Source: a virus
Length of the DNA stretch: 64,000 nt
UHGV virus genome: UHGV-0225074
Direction: 5' to 3' (one strand)
Shown here piece by piece: positions 37,122 through 46,061 of this stretch. Position 1 is the first letter of the stretch. Every line of letters begins with the position of its first letter. Below the pieces are notes generated by a model. The model was not told where the DNA came from, did not search any database, and worked only from the letters and a program-made list of their open reading frames with translations. The translations under genes and the position numbers were made by a program.

Positions 37122-37575
37122 CGAGAAGATTCAAACCACGCCAGTTGGTTGGGTCATCGATACGTGTGTCATATTCGTTTAATTTAACACCCCAGATGGC
37201 ATCATAAGGGGAGGCTTCCACAAACTTACGACCAGCATCCCGATGCCCAAGCGCCGCTTCTAGAACAGACCTGTTGGCCTTCATTTTCAATACAAGGCCT
37301 GAAGTCACAATATCCATTCTATTCTCTTCCCAGACGCTGTTGTCGAAACCTTTTACCTGACGACCAAGAGCTTTGGCCTCATTAGGGTTATCAACCGTAG
37401 CGATACGGGAAGCAATTTCTTTGTCATCGAAGAGCATTGCCTTCTGGAACATCATGTAATGTTCTACAGTGAAAAACTCGTAACCACCACAACGAATAGG
37501 AATAACTTGGCGGTAGTGATTACTGAACATATCCCGGTAAGTGAAGAAAAAGACGTATTTATCAGTTACTCGCAT
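37069..37575 (-). CDS. NADAR (YbiA-like) domain protein
   Basis: YVFFFTYRDMFSNHY ... CGG ... FTVEHYMMFQKA ... SPYDAIWG; GAGG RBS before ATG 37575. Confidence 0.7.
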   Translation of the reverse strand: MRVTDKYVFFFTYRDMFSNHYRQVIPIRCGGYEFFTVEHYMMFQKAMLFDDKEIASRIATVDNPNEAKALGRQVKGFDNSVWEENRMDIVTSGLVLKMKANRSVLEAALGHRDAGRKFVEASPYDAIWGVKLNEYDTRIDDPTNWRGLNLLGECWERAIDIVVAATWR

Positions 37576-37582
37576 TATTGCC

Positions 37583-37777
37583 TCAATGAAATGTTTTCTT
37601 ACTTGGACAAGAACCAGCGCCATCTTTTGTTACAATCTCTGTTCGATGACCGTCGCTGTAAACGCAGACCTTAGAGCTGCCGTTGGTATATTCATCAACC
37701 AAATCGAGAGTGTTTACAGTTGCGAATACCGGAGAAGAGAGCAGCAATGCTGCGATAAGAATTTTTGTGCGGATCAT
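37583..37777 (-). CDS. small secreted protein with signal peptide (64 aa)
   Basis: AAGGAG RBS; MIRTKILIAALLLSSPVFA signal-like N-terminus; two Cys. Confidence 0.45.
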   Translation of the reverse strand: MIRTKILIAALLLSSPVFATVNTLDLVDEYTNGSSKVCVYSDGHRTEIVTKDGAGSCPSKKTFH

Positions 37778-37840
37778 TGTGTATCTCCTTTTGTAAGTAG
37801 AGACCCGATGATAGTCTATCACCGGGCCTTTTGTCAACTC

Positions 37841-38731
37841 TTACTTACCTGCTGGTAAGGTAACGAATGGGGTCTGAGAACCACTGGTCATGTAGACTGG
37901 GGTCACACCGTTCCACTTGTTGATCGCTTCCAGTTGCATGATTTCTGGGTTTTTTCGGAGAGAATCACCACGCAGTTGGATAGATTCTGCTTCGCCTTTT
38001 GCCAGTGCTACTTTAGCATCTGCTTCACCCTGAGCTTGCAGTCGCTTAGATTCAGCTTCACCGCGAGCTGCTTCAATTTGTTTCTGAGCTTCAGCTTTAG
38101 TCTGCTGGATTTCGTTTTCACGCAGCAGCGCTTTCTGAGTCGCTTCGATCTTAGCGTTGATGGACGCAGTTACCTGAGGAGGATAACCAAGGTCATCAGT
38201 GTAAGACAGTTTCACAATAACGATACCTACCGGGTCAAGTTTCTGCTTCAGGGTCTTGGTCACTCGGTCCAGAAGCTGAGATTTACCATCACCAGCCAGT
38301 GTACCAATGTCCATTGTACCCGCTTCCTTGATCAACGCATCAGAGATATTCTGACGAATGTTGACATCGGTAATCTCCTGGACGCCTTTACGGTAGGTCT
38401 GGAAGATCTTGGTAACCTTAGAGCGGTCAACGTAATACTCAACACCGATCTTCGCAGTAACCGTCATAGAATCTTTGGTCTGGAAGTTAAACGGTTGTTC
38501 GTAGTTGTTCAACTGGTTGAACGTCGGGAACTGATAGATCTCTTCGTTCCAGGTTAACCAATACTTACCAACGCCCACTTCTTGCTGCTGAACGCCTTTC
38601 TCATCACCATACAGGTCAACCTTAACACCCACATAACCCGCCGGAACAGTTGCACGTTCACAACCAGTCAGACCAATTGCACCCAGGGCGATCAGGCCAG
38701 CAAATACTACGCGTTTGATATTCTTAAGCAT
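37841..38731 (-). CDS. SPFH (band-7/HflK-like) domain lipoprotein
   Basis: Lipobox LTGC; SPFH-like core; Ala/Glu-rich coiled-coil tail. Confidence 0.55.
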   Translation of the reverse strand: MLKNIKRVVFAGLIALGAIGLTGCERATVPAGYVGVKVDLYGDEKGVQQQEVGVGKYWLTWNEEIYQFPTFNQLNNYEQPFNFQTKDSMTVTAKIGVEYYVDRSKVTKIFQTYRKGVQEITDVNIRQNISDALIKEAGTMDIGTLAGDGKSQLLDRVTKTLKQKLDPVGIVIVKLSYTDDLGYPPQVTASINAKIEATQKALLRENEIQQTKAEAQKQIEAARGEAESKRLQAQGEADAKVALAKGEAESIQLRGDSLRKNPEIMQLEAINKWNGVTPVYMTSGSQTPFVTLPAGK

Positions 38732-38888
38732 TAGTTTGTTTCTCCTCTTTGATTTTATACTCAGTCTTTACGTTTTCATCAACGTGGTCATCTACGATTT
38801 TTGCAACATAAGATGCCGCAGACTTACCTTTGGACTTTGCCAAGTGCTGCAACTTTTCCCAAGTTGCCGCCTTCAGATTTAGCAACAT
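38724..38888 (-). CDS. ribbon-helix-helix (CopG/Arc-like) small DNA-binding protein (54 aa)
   Basis: AGGAG RBS; RHH-like ...SKGKSAASYVAKIV; stop overlaps SPFH start. Confidence 0.45.
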   Translation of the reverse strand: MLLNLKAATWEKLQHLAKSKGKSAASYVAKIVDDHVDENVKTEYKIKEEKQTNA

Positions 38889-39088
38889 TATCGATCTCCT
38901 TCAGCGCTTGTCTTCGGAATGAAGACCTTACGCAACCAGTACCACACGACAACCGGGGCAGTGAAGACTAAGGCAAACCCGCCAATAACACTGATTGTAT
39001 CTTTGGCAGAAACCAGAGTTGGGACACCAAACCCGAATACGACGCAGATGAAGACAAATAGGCCAACACCATTAAGGTAGTATTTCAT
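38888..39088 (-). CDS. membrane protein (66 aa, 2 TM)
   Basis: Hydrophobic segments. Confidence 0.45.
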   Translation of the reverse strand: MKYYLNGVGLFVFICVVFGFGVPTLVSAKDTISVIGGFALVFTAPVVVWYWLRKVFIPKTSAEGDR

Positions 39089-39447
39089 TATTCAGTGTCC
39101 TCAGCACCATCATCGGCTTCAGTCTGTGCAACATTAGGTGTTCCACGACCAAACAGAATATCTGCCTCGGTGAAGACTTCTTTTTCGGCCTCTAATGCAG
39201 CAGTTTTCTTTTCTGCTTCGAAGCGAACATCATACTCGCGCTTCACCAGACTATTGAAGAATTTTGGAGAGATATTATGCGTTTCTTTCTCCACAGAGCG
39301 AATATCTTTGATCTGGTCTTTCAGATCAGCGATTTGACGCTGGAGATCAACCACTTCAGTTACGCTATCTTTCAGGCGTTTACGCTGAACCGGGTCAGAC
39401 GGCAGAGAGGTGATCAGTTCGATTTTGATTTTTGGCATACGTGGCAT
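39088..39447 (-). CDS. coiled-coil hypothetical protein (119 aa)
   Basis: ORF. Confidence 0.45.
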   Translation of the reverse strand: MPRMPKIKIELITSLPSDPVQRKRLKDSVTEVVDLQRQIADLKDQIKDIRSVEKETHNISPKFFNSLVKREYDVRFEAEKKTAALEAEKEVFTEADILFGRGTPNVAQTEADDGAEDTE

Positions 39448-39509
39448 ATATTGCTCCTTTGTTTGGTTTAGTGTGGTCAGTATAACCGTTCAGTTTTATT
39501 TGTCAAGCT

Positions 39510-39734
39510 TCAATTGTCAATGCCGACAATTTTTCCGCCCATTCTCTCGATCTGGTTGACATGAGATACCAGTGTGCCGAGTGTGCATTCATAAGCGTAT
39601 TTCTTTACGCCACCCCAACGACGCTTCATCGTGAAGCGGATAACATGACGGGAAGATGCCCCGCGATTAATGATGGTCATTTTAAGGCGTTTAGCCAAGG
39701 CAACAATTTCAGAATAATCAATATTTTCTTCCAC
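39510..39734 (-). CDS. hypothetical protein (74 aa)
   Basis: ORF. Confidence 0.4.
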   Translation of the reverse strand: MEENIDYSEIVALAKRLKMTIINRGASSRHVIRFTMKRRWGGVKKYAYECTLGTLVSHVNQIERMGGKIVGIDN

Positions 39735-39785
39735 TTCGTTCTCCTTTTGTCTTGATGGGTCATTATACAGACCCAGATACGATTG

Positions 39786-40463
39786 TCAAACAATAATGTT
39801 TGGTTTTTTGAAAGTCCCTGGCTTCATGATTTTACCGCCTTTGTCGAAGAATACGACACGTGGCTCTTCTTTCATATTCTCATCAACAATGGAGAAATGA
39901 ACACCTTCATAGCGTCCACCATTACGCTGTTCGATACAGGTGCATTCTGCCTCAAGGGCTTTTGCCAAGTCAAGGTCTTTATGCAAAGACTGAATTTCAC
40001 TAAGTGTTGGATATTTAGAATCATTAGATTCCAGAACGCTATGCATGTTCTTATGCAATTGCATATCAAGACCAAACAACAAAGCTGTGCTCAATTTAAG
40101 CATCCCCTCATAGTCATCATTCGCAAAAGCATCCAAAGCTTTACCAGGAGAAAACTTAAGGTCCGGATTATAAGTTAAATATTTATCTGAGGATAGCGAA
40201 TAGTTATTACTCAACCAATAAGCATACGACGCCACAACAAACAAGTCACACGCTCCATCAACAACTTCCTTACGGTCATTTTCGATTAATGCTGTAACGG
40301 TTTCTTGTAACTCCTCTCCTACAAACTCCCACTGCTTTCCCAATGGGGTAAATTCACCCTTTGCAGATGCTGCGACAGAATTCCAATCTACAACATGTTT
40401 CGCATACTTAACAAGAGAGGTTGGGCGCAGCATAGCATTCAGAGTATCATAAGCTTCTTTCAT
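39786..40463 (-). CDS. MazG-like nucleotide pyrophosphohydrolase domain protein
   Basis: EELQETVTALIEND ... EVVDGACDLFVVA resembles the MazG EExxE ... D motif. Confidence 0.4.
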   Translation of the reverse strand: MKEAYDTLNAMLRPTSLVKYAKHVVDWNSVAASAKGEFTPLGKQWEFVGEELQETVTALIENDRKEVVDGACDLFVVASYAYWLSNNYSLSSDKYLTYNPDLKFSPGKALDAFANDDYEGMLKLSTALLFGLDMQLHKNMHSVLESNDSKYPTLSEIQSLHKDLDLAKALEAECTCIEQRNGGRYEGVHFSIVDENMKEEPRVVFFDKGGKIMKPGTFKKPNIIV

Positions 40464-40471
40464 TAAATCTC

Positions 40472-40750
40472 CTAAATTGTTTTTTCAAAAACACCATCGA
40501 TGGCGTATTTAATTTTTTCCCAAGTTTCTTTATCGAAACCTACCATACCCCGCTGTTCATAACCTTGGCGAGAACGGTTGTCATAATGAGCTAACTCATT
40601 GTAAGAAAGGTTAACTGAACCTGGCAGATCAGGATCTGGACGAATTGACCATCTGTAGTTGTCGTTCATCGCAGAATCGTAGATATGCGCTTCAAAATCT
40701 ACAGTATTTTCTTTAATTTGATGCATCACCATCTCCTTGCGGTTGATCAC
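40472..40750 (-). CDS. hypothetical protein (92 aa)
   Basis: ORF. Confidence 0.45.
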   Translation of the reverse strand: MINRKEMVMHQIKENTVDFEAHIYDSAMNDNYRWSIRPDPDLPGSVNLSYNELAHYDNRSRQGYEQRGMVGFDKETWEKIKYAIDGVFEKTI

Positions 40751-41063
40751 GACTGATACCTAAAGGTAGCCATGCCCCTGTCTTGCTTTTATACAGGCAG
40801 GTTGATTTGTACCATGAATAACTGGTCTCTGTATTCGCGGCCCAGCCGTCGAACTGACAAGTCATAGTATGCCATAATGGGACAGTAAGGGCCAGCGTAA
40901 CAAGGCCCATAACAAATACCCAGATGATCAGCAGACGTTTAACCTTTCCAGCAACCCAGTCAAAGAAATCATCCAGCTTATCTTTTCGGAATCTGTAAGC
41001 GGCATAAATGCCGCCTCCTGTTACAAATGATGCGCCTAGTAGCGCCAGCCAATACCAGATCAT
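40713..41063 (-). CDS. membrane protein (116 aa)
   Basis: Three hydrophobic segments. Confidence 0.45.
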   Translation of the reverse strand: MIWYWLALLGASFVTGGGIYAAYRFRKDKLDDFFDWVAGKVKRLLIIWVFVMGLVTLALTVPLWHTMTCQFDGWAANTETSYSWYKSTCLYKSKTGAWLPLGISRDQPQGDGDASN

Positions 41064-41064
41064 T

Positions 41065-41544
41065 TTACTGTGCCTTTGTTACGATAATTTGAGTATCAGG
41101 GCGCACAGGGATTTGGGAACCATCGCCGAGAGTCAGGATAACATCCTCCCCCATCGCACCAGTATTCGTTACGGTATAAACCTTTCCGCAAAACATGATC
41201 TCATCACCCTTACGGATTGCTTTAGCTGGGTAGTTCCCAGGTTCCCGATCAGTGTCTTCCAGCGGGTCATATGTTGCATGGAAAATTTCTGATTTGCAAG
41301 GATAGAATTCTCCAGCCACCCCTTTAATTACATAATCCCCAGCAGAGGCTACAACCACCCCCTCTGGGGTTTTTATCTCTACAGTACGACCACAATCACG
41401 AGTGTGGATTTCGGAATCCTTCCACACACCAGTTTCCATCCAATTATGGATCTGCCCTGCGCTGGTTGACGACCCGTCAAACTTATGTGCTTCAACCTCT
41501 ACAGGTTTTTTACGATAAAATCCCATTAGTATACAGGCTCCCAT
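41065..41544 (-). CDS. hypothetical protein (159 aa)
   Basis: ORF. Confidence 0.45.
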   Translation of the reverse strand: MGACILMGFYRKKPVEVEAHKFDGSSTSAGQIHNWMETGVWKDSEIHTRDCGRTVEIKTPEGVVVASAGDYVIKGVAGEFYPCKSEIFHATYDPLEDTDREPGNYPAKAIRKGDEIMFCGKVYTVTNTGAMGEDVILTLGDGSQIPVRPDTQIIVTKAQ

Positions 41545-42827
41545 GTTAATGTATCTAGTTCACGAACGCTTTGGCCCACAGGGAACTGAGGAACACCATC
41601 ATCAGTTCTAGCTTGGAACGTGAAGTTAATAAACTTACCCACCAGCAGGAGCATTCGTTCCTGAGATCTCTCTGCGTGGGTTCCCTTCATTTTACAGTTG
41701 AAACGTGTACCATCTTTCTCTTCGCAGAGTAATACACCCTCACCGTTCTTATCTTCCACAGAATCAAGGACTTTAGCCTCGCCATCTTGGAACAATTTCC
41801 ATTTTAGAAGGTCTGATGAACGCTGTCCAAATTCATACAAGCCTTTGAAGTTTCGGACAATAGAACCTTCAAACCCCCTCTCCATATATTTACCGATGGA
41901 CCATTTAACCTCTCTCTCACAAGAGACAACAATACCATGAACAATGTTAATAAGAGGTACTTCAAGTTCACACTCTACAGCTTCAGCAACGGATAAGAGG
42001 TCTTGGTGACGTGTCTTATCATGATCCGTTGAATACCAAGGACTTCCTGCATTCACAGGAATGTCGAAGATATGGTACTCTAGGTCAAGGCTTGAATAGC
42101 CGCCATAACGATCAACATCTTTAACTGGTTCGATCGCGATAGAGTAAACATCGCCATCAAAATCTTTCCAGCTCTCTTCCCCGTTGTCAACAGCTTTCTG
42201 ATGACGCTTCAGGTCAGACTGGTAATCCTTTTCAATCTCTTCTTCAATCTGCTCTGGTGTACGCCACTTCTTAGCGAGAGCGACAATCTTTTGCAGACTC
42301 AGACCATGAATGTACAGCTCCCCATCGAATTTGTCAAACCCTGAATGCTCAGAAAGGGATTTAACCTGTTTAGACAACTCAGAATCAAGCGGTACAGGAT
42401 ATAGTTTGTTACCACGGCTATTGAATTGTGGGAAGCCATCTGCATCAAGAGTAACCAGAGCACGTACACCATCGAGCTTTGGCTGTACGTATGCTGGATA
42501 AATTATTGATTTATAACGTTTAATTGCATCATGTGCCAGCATTGGGGAGAAGTTCTCTTCCTGTTCAAGCTTGCTTGTATCGTCACGATATCCAAGGCGA
42601 ACCTGTTTCTCCCATTTGGAAACGGCCTCAGCCCATGCTTGCTGTTCTGCGGTGGTTTCGTTAGAACGTCCAACGTTCTTTGGTTCACAGGTGGTAACCT
42701 TTTGTTGCTTCTTGCCACCAACCTTACCAAACTCTACAACTACCTGATTACCAACAATAAAAACCTTCCAACACTGGAAAGATCCATCTTTATTCAGTGC
42801 GAAAAGTGTTGAATTAACTTGTTGCAT
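41526..42827 (-). CDS. ATP-dependent DNA ligase
   Basis: KLDGVRAL motif I (KxDG), 433 aa. Confidence 0.75.
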   Translation of the reverse strand: MQQVNSTLFALNKDGSFQCWKVFIVGNQVVVEFGKVGGKKQQKVTTCEPKNVGRSNETTAEQQAWAEAVSKWEKQVRLGYRDDTSKLEQEENFSPMLAHDAIKRYKSIIYPAYVQPKLDGVRALVTLDADGFPQFNSRGNKLYPVPLDSELSKQVKSLSEHSGFDKFDGELYIHGLSLQKIVALAKKWRTPEQIEEEIEKDYQSDLKRHQKAVDNGEESWKDFDGDVYSIAIEPVKDVDRYGGYSSLDLEYHIFDIPVNAGSPWYSTDHDKTRHQDLLSVAEAVECELEVPLINIVHGIVVSCEREVKWSIGKYMERGFEGSIVRNFKGLYEFGQRSSDLLKWKLFQDGEAKVLDSVEDKNGEGVLLCEEKDGTRFNCKMKGTHAERSQERMLLLVGKFINFTFQARTDDGVPQFPVGQSVRELDTLTWEPVY

Positions 42828-43603
42828 TATTTCTCCTTTGTCTGTAAAACAGTTTTACCTTCAAGGTGATCCTCAACCATTTTAACCAGGCCGGGATTAC
42901 TAAAGGCATCAACAGCTCCGGTACGATAAACTACAACACCCGCATCTTCGTACATCAACTGCTCGTCATATCTAACAGCAGGATTGACAACTACAACTTT
43001 AGTACCCCGCATAACCGCAGGGAACAATTCCCAGTTGAAGTTGATTACCGTGTTTGAACATCCAACAACAATTACAAGGTCTTGGCTTGTCAAGGACTCT
43101 AAGGTATCATACATAGGGCCATAGGCTGGAGCATTTTCACCAAAGAAAATTACGTTTGGTTTACACCAATCATAATCATCAGGATCAATTTGGTCGTAAC
43201 CAATATCGACAATCTCTATCTTCTGAGTGAAAGCATCTTTAACAAGGATCTCTTTCAGATAACCATGTATGTACAGAGTATCTTCTTTCGGTACACCTGC
43301 ACGTTCCAACAAATCATCGACGTTAGTCGTCATGTTGATAACTTGTCCAGGATAACGTTTGTACCATTCAGCAACACGAAGATGTGCAGCATTCGGGTGT
43401 ACCGTTGGTAACTCTGCACGACGCTTGTTATAAAACATGTGCGTTTTATGGTAGAAATTACCACGGAAGGCGTGTATGTTACAAACCTCCTCAAGGTCGT
43501 ATTCATCCCACAGGGCTTTACCAGATTCAGTATCTGTGCGGAATGTACGTACACCACTCTCCGCAGAGAAGCCAGCACCACTTATAACGATAAGACGTCT
43601 CAT
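42827..43603 (-). CDS. Sir2-family NAD-dependent deacylase/ADP-ribosyltransferase-like protein lacking Zn Cys motifs
   Basis: ISGAGFSAESGVRTFR, TTNVDDLLERAG and HG Sir2 motifs. Confidence 0.7.
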   Translation of the reverse strand: MRRLIVISGAGFSAESGVRTFRTDTESGKALWDEYDLEEVCNIHAFRGNFYHKTHMFYNKRRAELPTVHPNAAHLRVAEWYKRYPGQVINMTTNVDDLLERAGVPKEDTLYIHGYLKEILVKDAFTQKIEIVDIGYDQIDPDDYDWCKPNVIFFGENAPAYGPMYDTLESLTSQDLVIVVGCSNTVINFNWELFPAVMRGTKVVVVNPAVRYDEQLMYEDAGVVVYRTGAVDAFSNPGLVKMVEDHLEGKTVLQTKEK

Positions 43604-43824
43604 GGATTTTCCCCTATAACATTATTTATCTCATTCATAGCCTCATTATAACCATTACACCGCTCGGTAATACCTTTCATATAACGAATTTTATTAAGAA
43701 CTCGTAAATTTGAAAACTTCCAGGCTTCCCATGCAGCAGATTTTGCTTCTGGTGTTGACCAAGGATCGCTAAGAGAGTTCCACCAATTTTCGAACGATTC
43801 CCGTAGGTTATTTCCTTTATACAT
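43600..43824 (-). CDS. hypothetical protein (74 aa)
   Basis: ORF. Confidence 0.45.
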   Translation of the reverse strand: MYKGNNLRESFENWWNSLSDPWSTPEAKSAAWEAWKFSNLRVLNKIRYMKGITERCNGYNEAMNEINNVIGENP

Positions 43825-43833
43825 TATCTTTCC

Positions 43834-44241
43834 TTACTGTAATTTCAATGAGTTACGCAGACGACGCTCTTGAGCATCACGAGTTTCCTGCGGAACACTG
43901 TGAATAGAATCATTCCCGTGGCGGTTCTCGACCACTAGGCTGATAACACGATACCCATTCTCCGCAGCGAGATCAAGATAAGGTTTCAGTTCTTTTTCAC
44001 TGGTAGAAGTATTAGACAAGATGATTTTACGAAATTTCCATTCCATCATTTCCTTTACTTGATCTTGGCACCATTTATGCGCTGCCTGGATATTTTCAGG
44101 TTTCCAGTCGTAAACACCATCTTCCGTGTAGTGAAATTTATCTGCTTCACAGATAGGCCACAAACCTTCTGCTAGCATATCTGCAACTGTAGATTTACCA
44201 GCACCAGACACACCGCGCAGGATAATCAGAGTCTTTTCCAT
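43834..44241 (-). CDS. P-loop kinase (polynucleotide kinase-like domain)
   Basis: LRGVSGAGKSTVA Walker A; 135 aa, kinase domain only. Confidence 0.5.
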   Translation of the reverse strand: MEKTLIILRGVSGAGKSTVADMLAEGLWPICEADKFHYTEDGVYDWKPENIQAAHKWCQDQVKEMMEWKFRKIILSNTSTSEKELKPYLDLAAENGYRVISLVVENRHGNDSIHSVPQETRDAQERRLRNSLKLQ

Positions 44242-44250
44242 CTCTTCTCC

Positions 44251-44595
44251 TCAGTAATTGTTTCTCAAGATCGTAATACGATACTTCGAGAAGCTCTCTT
44301 TTGCAAGCATGAACTTTTGTGCAGCAGAAGGGTTAGACGTGTGGACATAGAGTTTAGCATCATGCACAGGAAGTTTCCCATACACAAGCTTCTCTTCCAA
44401 GGCTAACAGGCAGTCATAGCCCTCCATTTCTGAATCTTCACCGAGGTCATTGTCGAAATGCCACTCTGTGACATAACGATAGAACTTTGACCGATTATCA
44501 AGAAAATCCATAAATTTCTGAGAGGTCTTGAACCACAATGCATCAGGATAACCGTAGTCTTTAGGGTCTCTTAAATCGTCAAGCCAGACAATCAT
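44251..44595 (-). CDS. hypothetical protein (114 aa)
   Basis: ORF between kinase and ligase. Confidence 0.45.
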   Translation of the reverse strand: MIVWLDDLRDPKDYGYPDALWFKTSQKFMDFLDNRSKFYRYVTEWHFDNDLGEDSEMEGYDCLLALEEKLVYGKLPVHDAKLYVHTSNPSAAQKFMLAKESFSKYRITILRNNY

Positions 44596-45554
44596 TTTTG
44601 AACTCCAACGTAAAAACGACTATCGCGATCAAAGAGGTCTTCAATCGCAAAATAATCTTCAACAACCTGACGACGTTTTTGAGAGTCCATCCCAGCCCAG
44701 TCGTCTTTAGAGTAATACTCACGAATATGGTCTAGCAACTCGTAATACTCTTCGTCAATACGCTTCTTGGCATCTTTCGGGTTATCCCAGATCATATCCC
44801 ACTTGTTATCACCTCCACGCATCAGGAATTTCTTCGCCAGATAATGTGGGGACTTGATTTTCAAAAGTAGTTCGCTATTTTCGTCATCTGTCCCGATATT
44901 TCGGACAACAAAACCTTCGTGGCTAACAGCATGACTGGCTGCAACGACATCGCCAAATGCACGGACATCCCATTGAGGACGTTTTGCACCGATCACTTCA
45001 GCGATGCGATCAAGTTTGTGCTCTTCAACCATAACACCGTTTAAAGCGAGATCACGGACACCAATCAGATAAGCACCTTCTTTCTCTTCCACAATATGTG
45101 GGTCGCTGCTATCGCATATTTCGAAAATGAAAGTGTAATCTTCACGGAAAGAAATCAGATCAAAATTCATTTTTTCGAGGTACTTACGAGCCAATTCTGA
45201 AAACTCAGAATCCAATGTCCCTGTTGTTGAAACGAGCAGCTTGTCTTTGTGTATTGCCGCTGTAGCCATAAAACCATTGACCTTGCGGGAACAAACAACC
45301 GGTTTGTCAAGAGGAAGGTCAGTTCCATTCTCGAAGCGGTTGAAAATCTTAGTGAAAGGCCAGATAATCACGTTGTCTTCTGAATCAACAACCATGCCAC
45401 GGCACTCAAGCAGTCGTGGGTCAGTATGCCACAGGTTATCCCAGAACACATTGTTCTTATACTTCAGCACAGAAAGACCCGCGAACGGGCCTTCGGTGTA
45501 AGTCTTTTTGGTTACCAGTTTTTTAGCAACCAAATCGTCTACGTTGAATTTCAT
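44592..45554 (-). CDS. Rnl2-like RNA ligase
   Basis: Motif I KVNG, motif IV EGFVVR, motif V K..K (LKIKSPHYLAKK); 320 aa. Confidence 0.55.
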   Translation of the reverse strand: MKFNVDDLVAKKLVTKKTYTEGPFAGLSVLKYKNNVFWDNLWHTDPRLLECRGMVVDSEDNVIIWPFTKIFNRFENGTDLPLDKPVVCSRKVNGFMATAAIHKDKLLVSTTGTLDSEFSELARKYLEKMNFDLISFREDYTFIFEICDSSDPHIVEEKEGAYLIGVRDLALNGVMVEEHKLDRIAEVIGAKRPQWDVRAFGDVVAASHAVSHEGFVVRNIGTDDENSELLLKIKSPHYLAKKFLMRGGDNKWDMIWDNPKDAKKRIDEEYYELLDHIREYYSKDDWAGMDSQKRRQVVEDYFAIEDLFDRDSRFYVGVQK

Positions 45555-45720
45555 GTTCTCTCCTTCGTCTGAGATTTTTCAATAGTTTGAGCACTTCTTT
45601 TTGTGCTGATTTCATTTCACTGTAGTCATCATAGATGCTCAGGTCTAGTTCGTCAACATATTCTTCAAGCTCGCTAATCAAAAAGGCCACGTTATGGATA
45701 AGGTCAAGATCTTTTTTCAT
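45523..45720 (-). CDS. hypothetical protein (65 aa)
   Basis: ORF. Confidence 0.4.
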   Translation of the reverse strand: MKKDLDLIHNVAFLISELEEYVDELDLSIYDDYSEMKSAQKEVLKLLKNLRRRREHEIQRRRFGC

Positions 45721-46060
45721 AACCTTCCGCCTGATAATATGTTGTATTATAAGGAGTTTCGATACTGAAGCTTATCTGGCACATCTCCTGAGCAAGATAT
45801 TTTCCAAGTTCGACAGCCATTGATAATATCTCATGCTCCTGACGCTGGAAACGTGGATACTGCATCAACCGCACAGTCATACCATCTTCGACACCACCTG
45901 TGTAAACATAGGTGCATGGAGCAATCTGCACACAAGCACCTTGCATAACCCACTGGCGACACAAATTCTCGGCCTGAGCATAATCCCCGGCAATGTGAAT
46001 AGTAGCGAAGAAAGACTTCGCCGTGTTACGTGCTATGAAATTTCGTTCTTTGTTATGCAT
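45704..46060 (-). CDS. hypothetical protein (118 aa)
   Basis: ORF. Confidence 0.45.
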   Translation of the reverse strand: MHNKERNFIARNTAKSFFATIHIAGDYAQAENLCRQWVMQGACVQIAPCTYVYTGGVEDGMTVRLMQYPRFQRQEHEILSMAVELGKYLAQEMCQISFSIETPYNTTYYQAEGYEKRS

Positions 46061-46061
46061 C

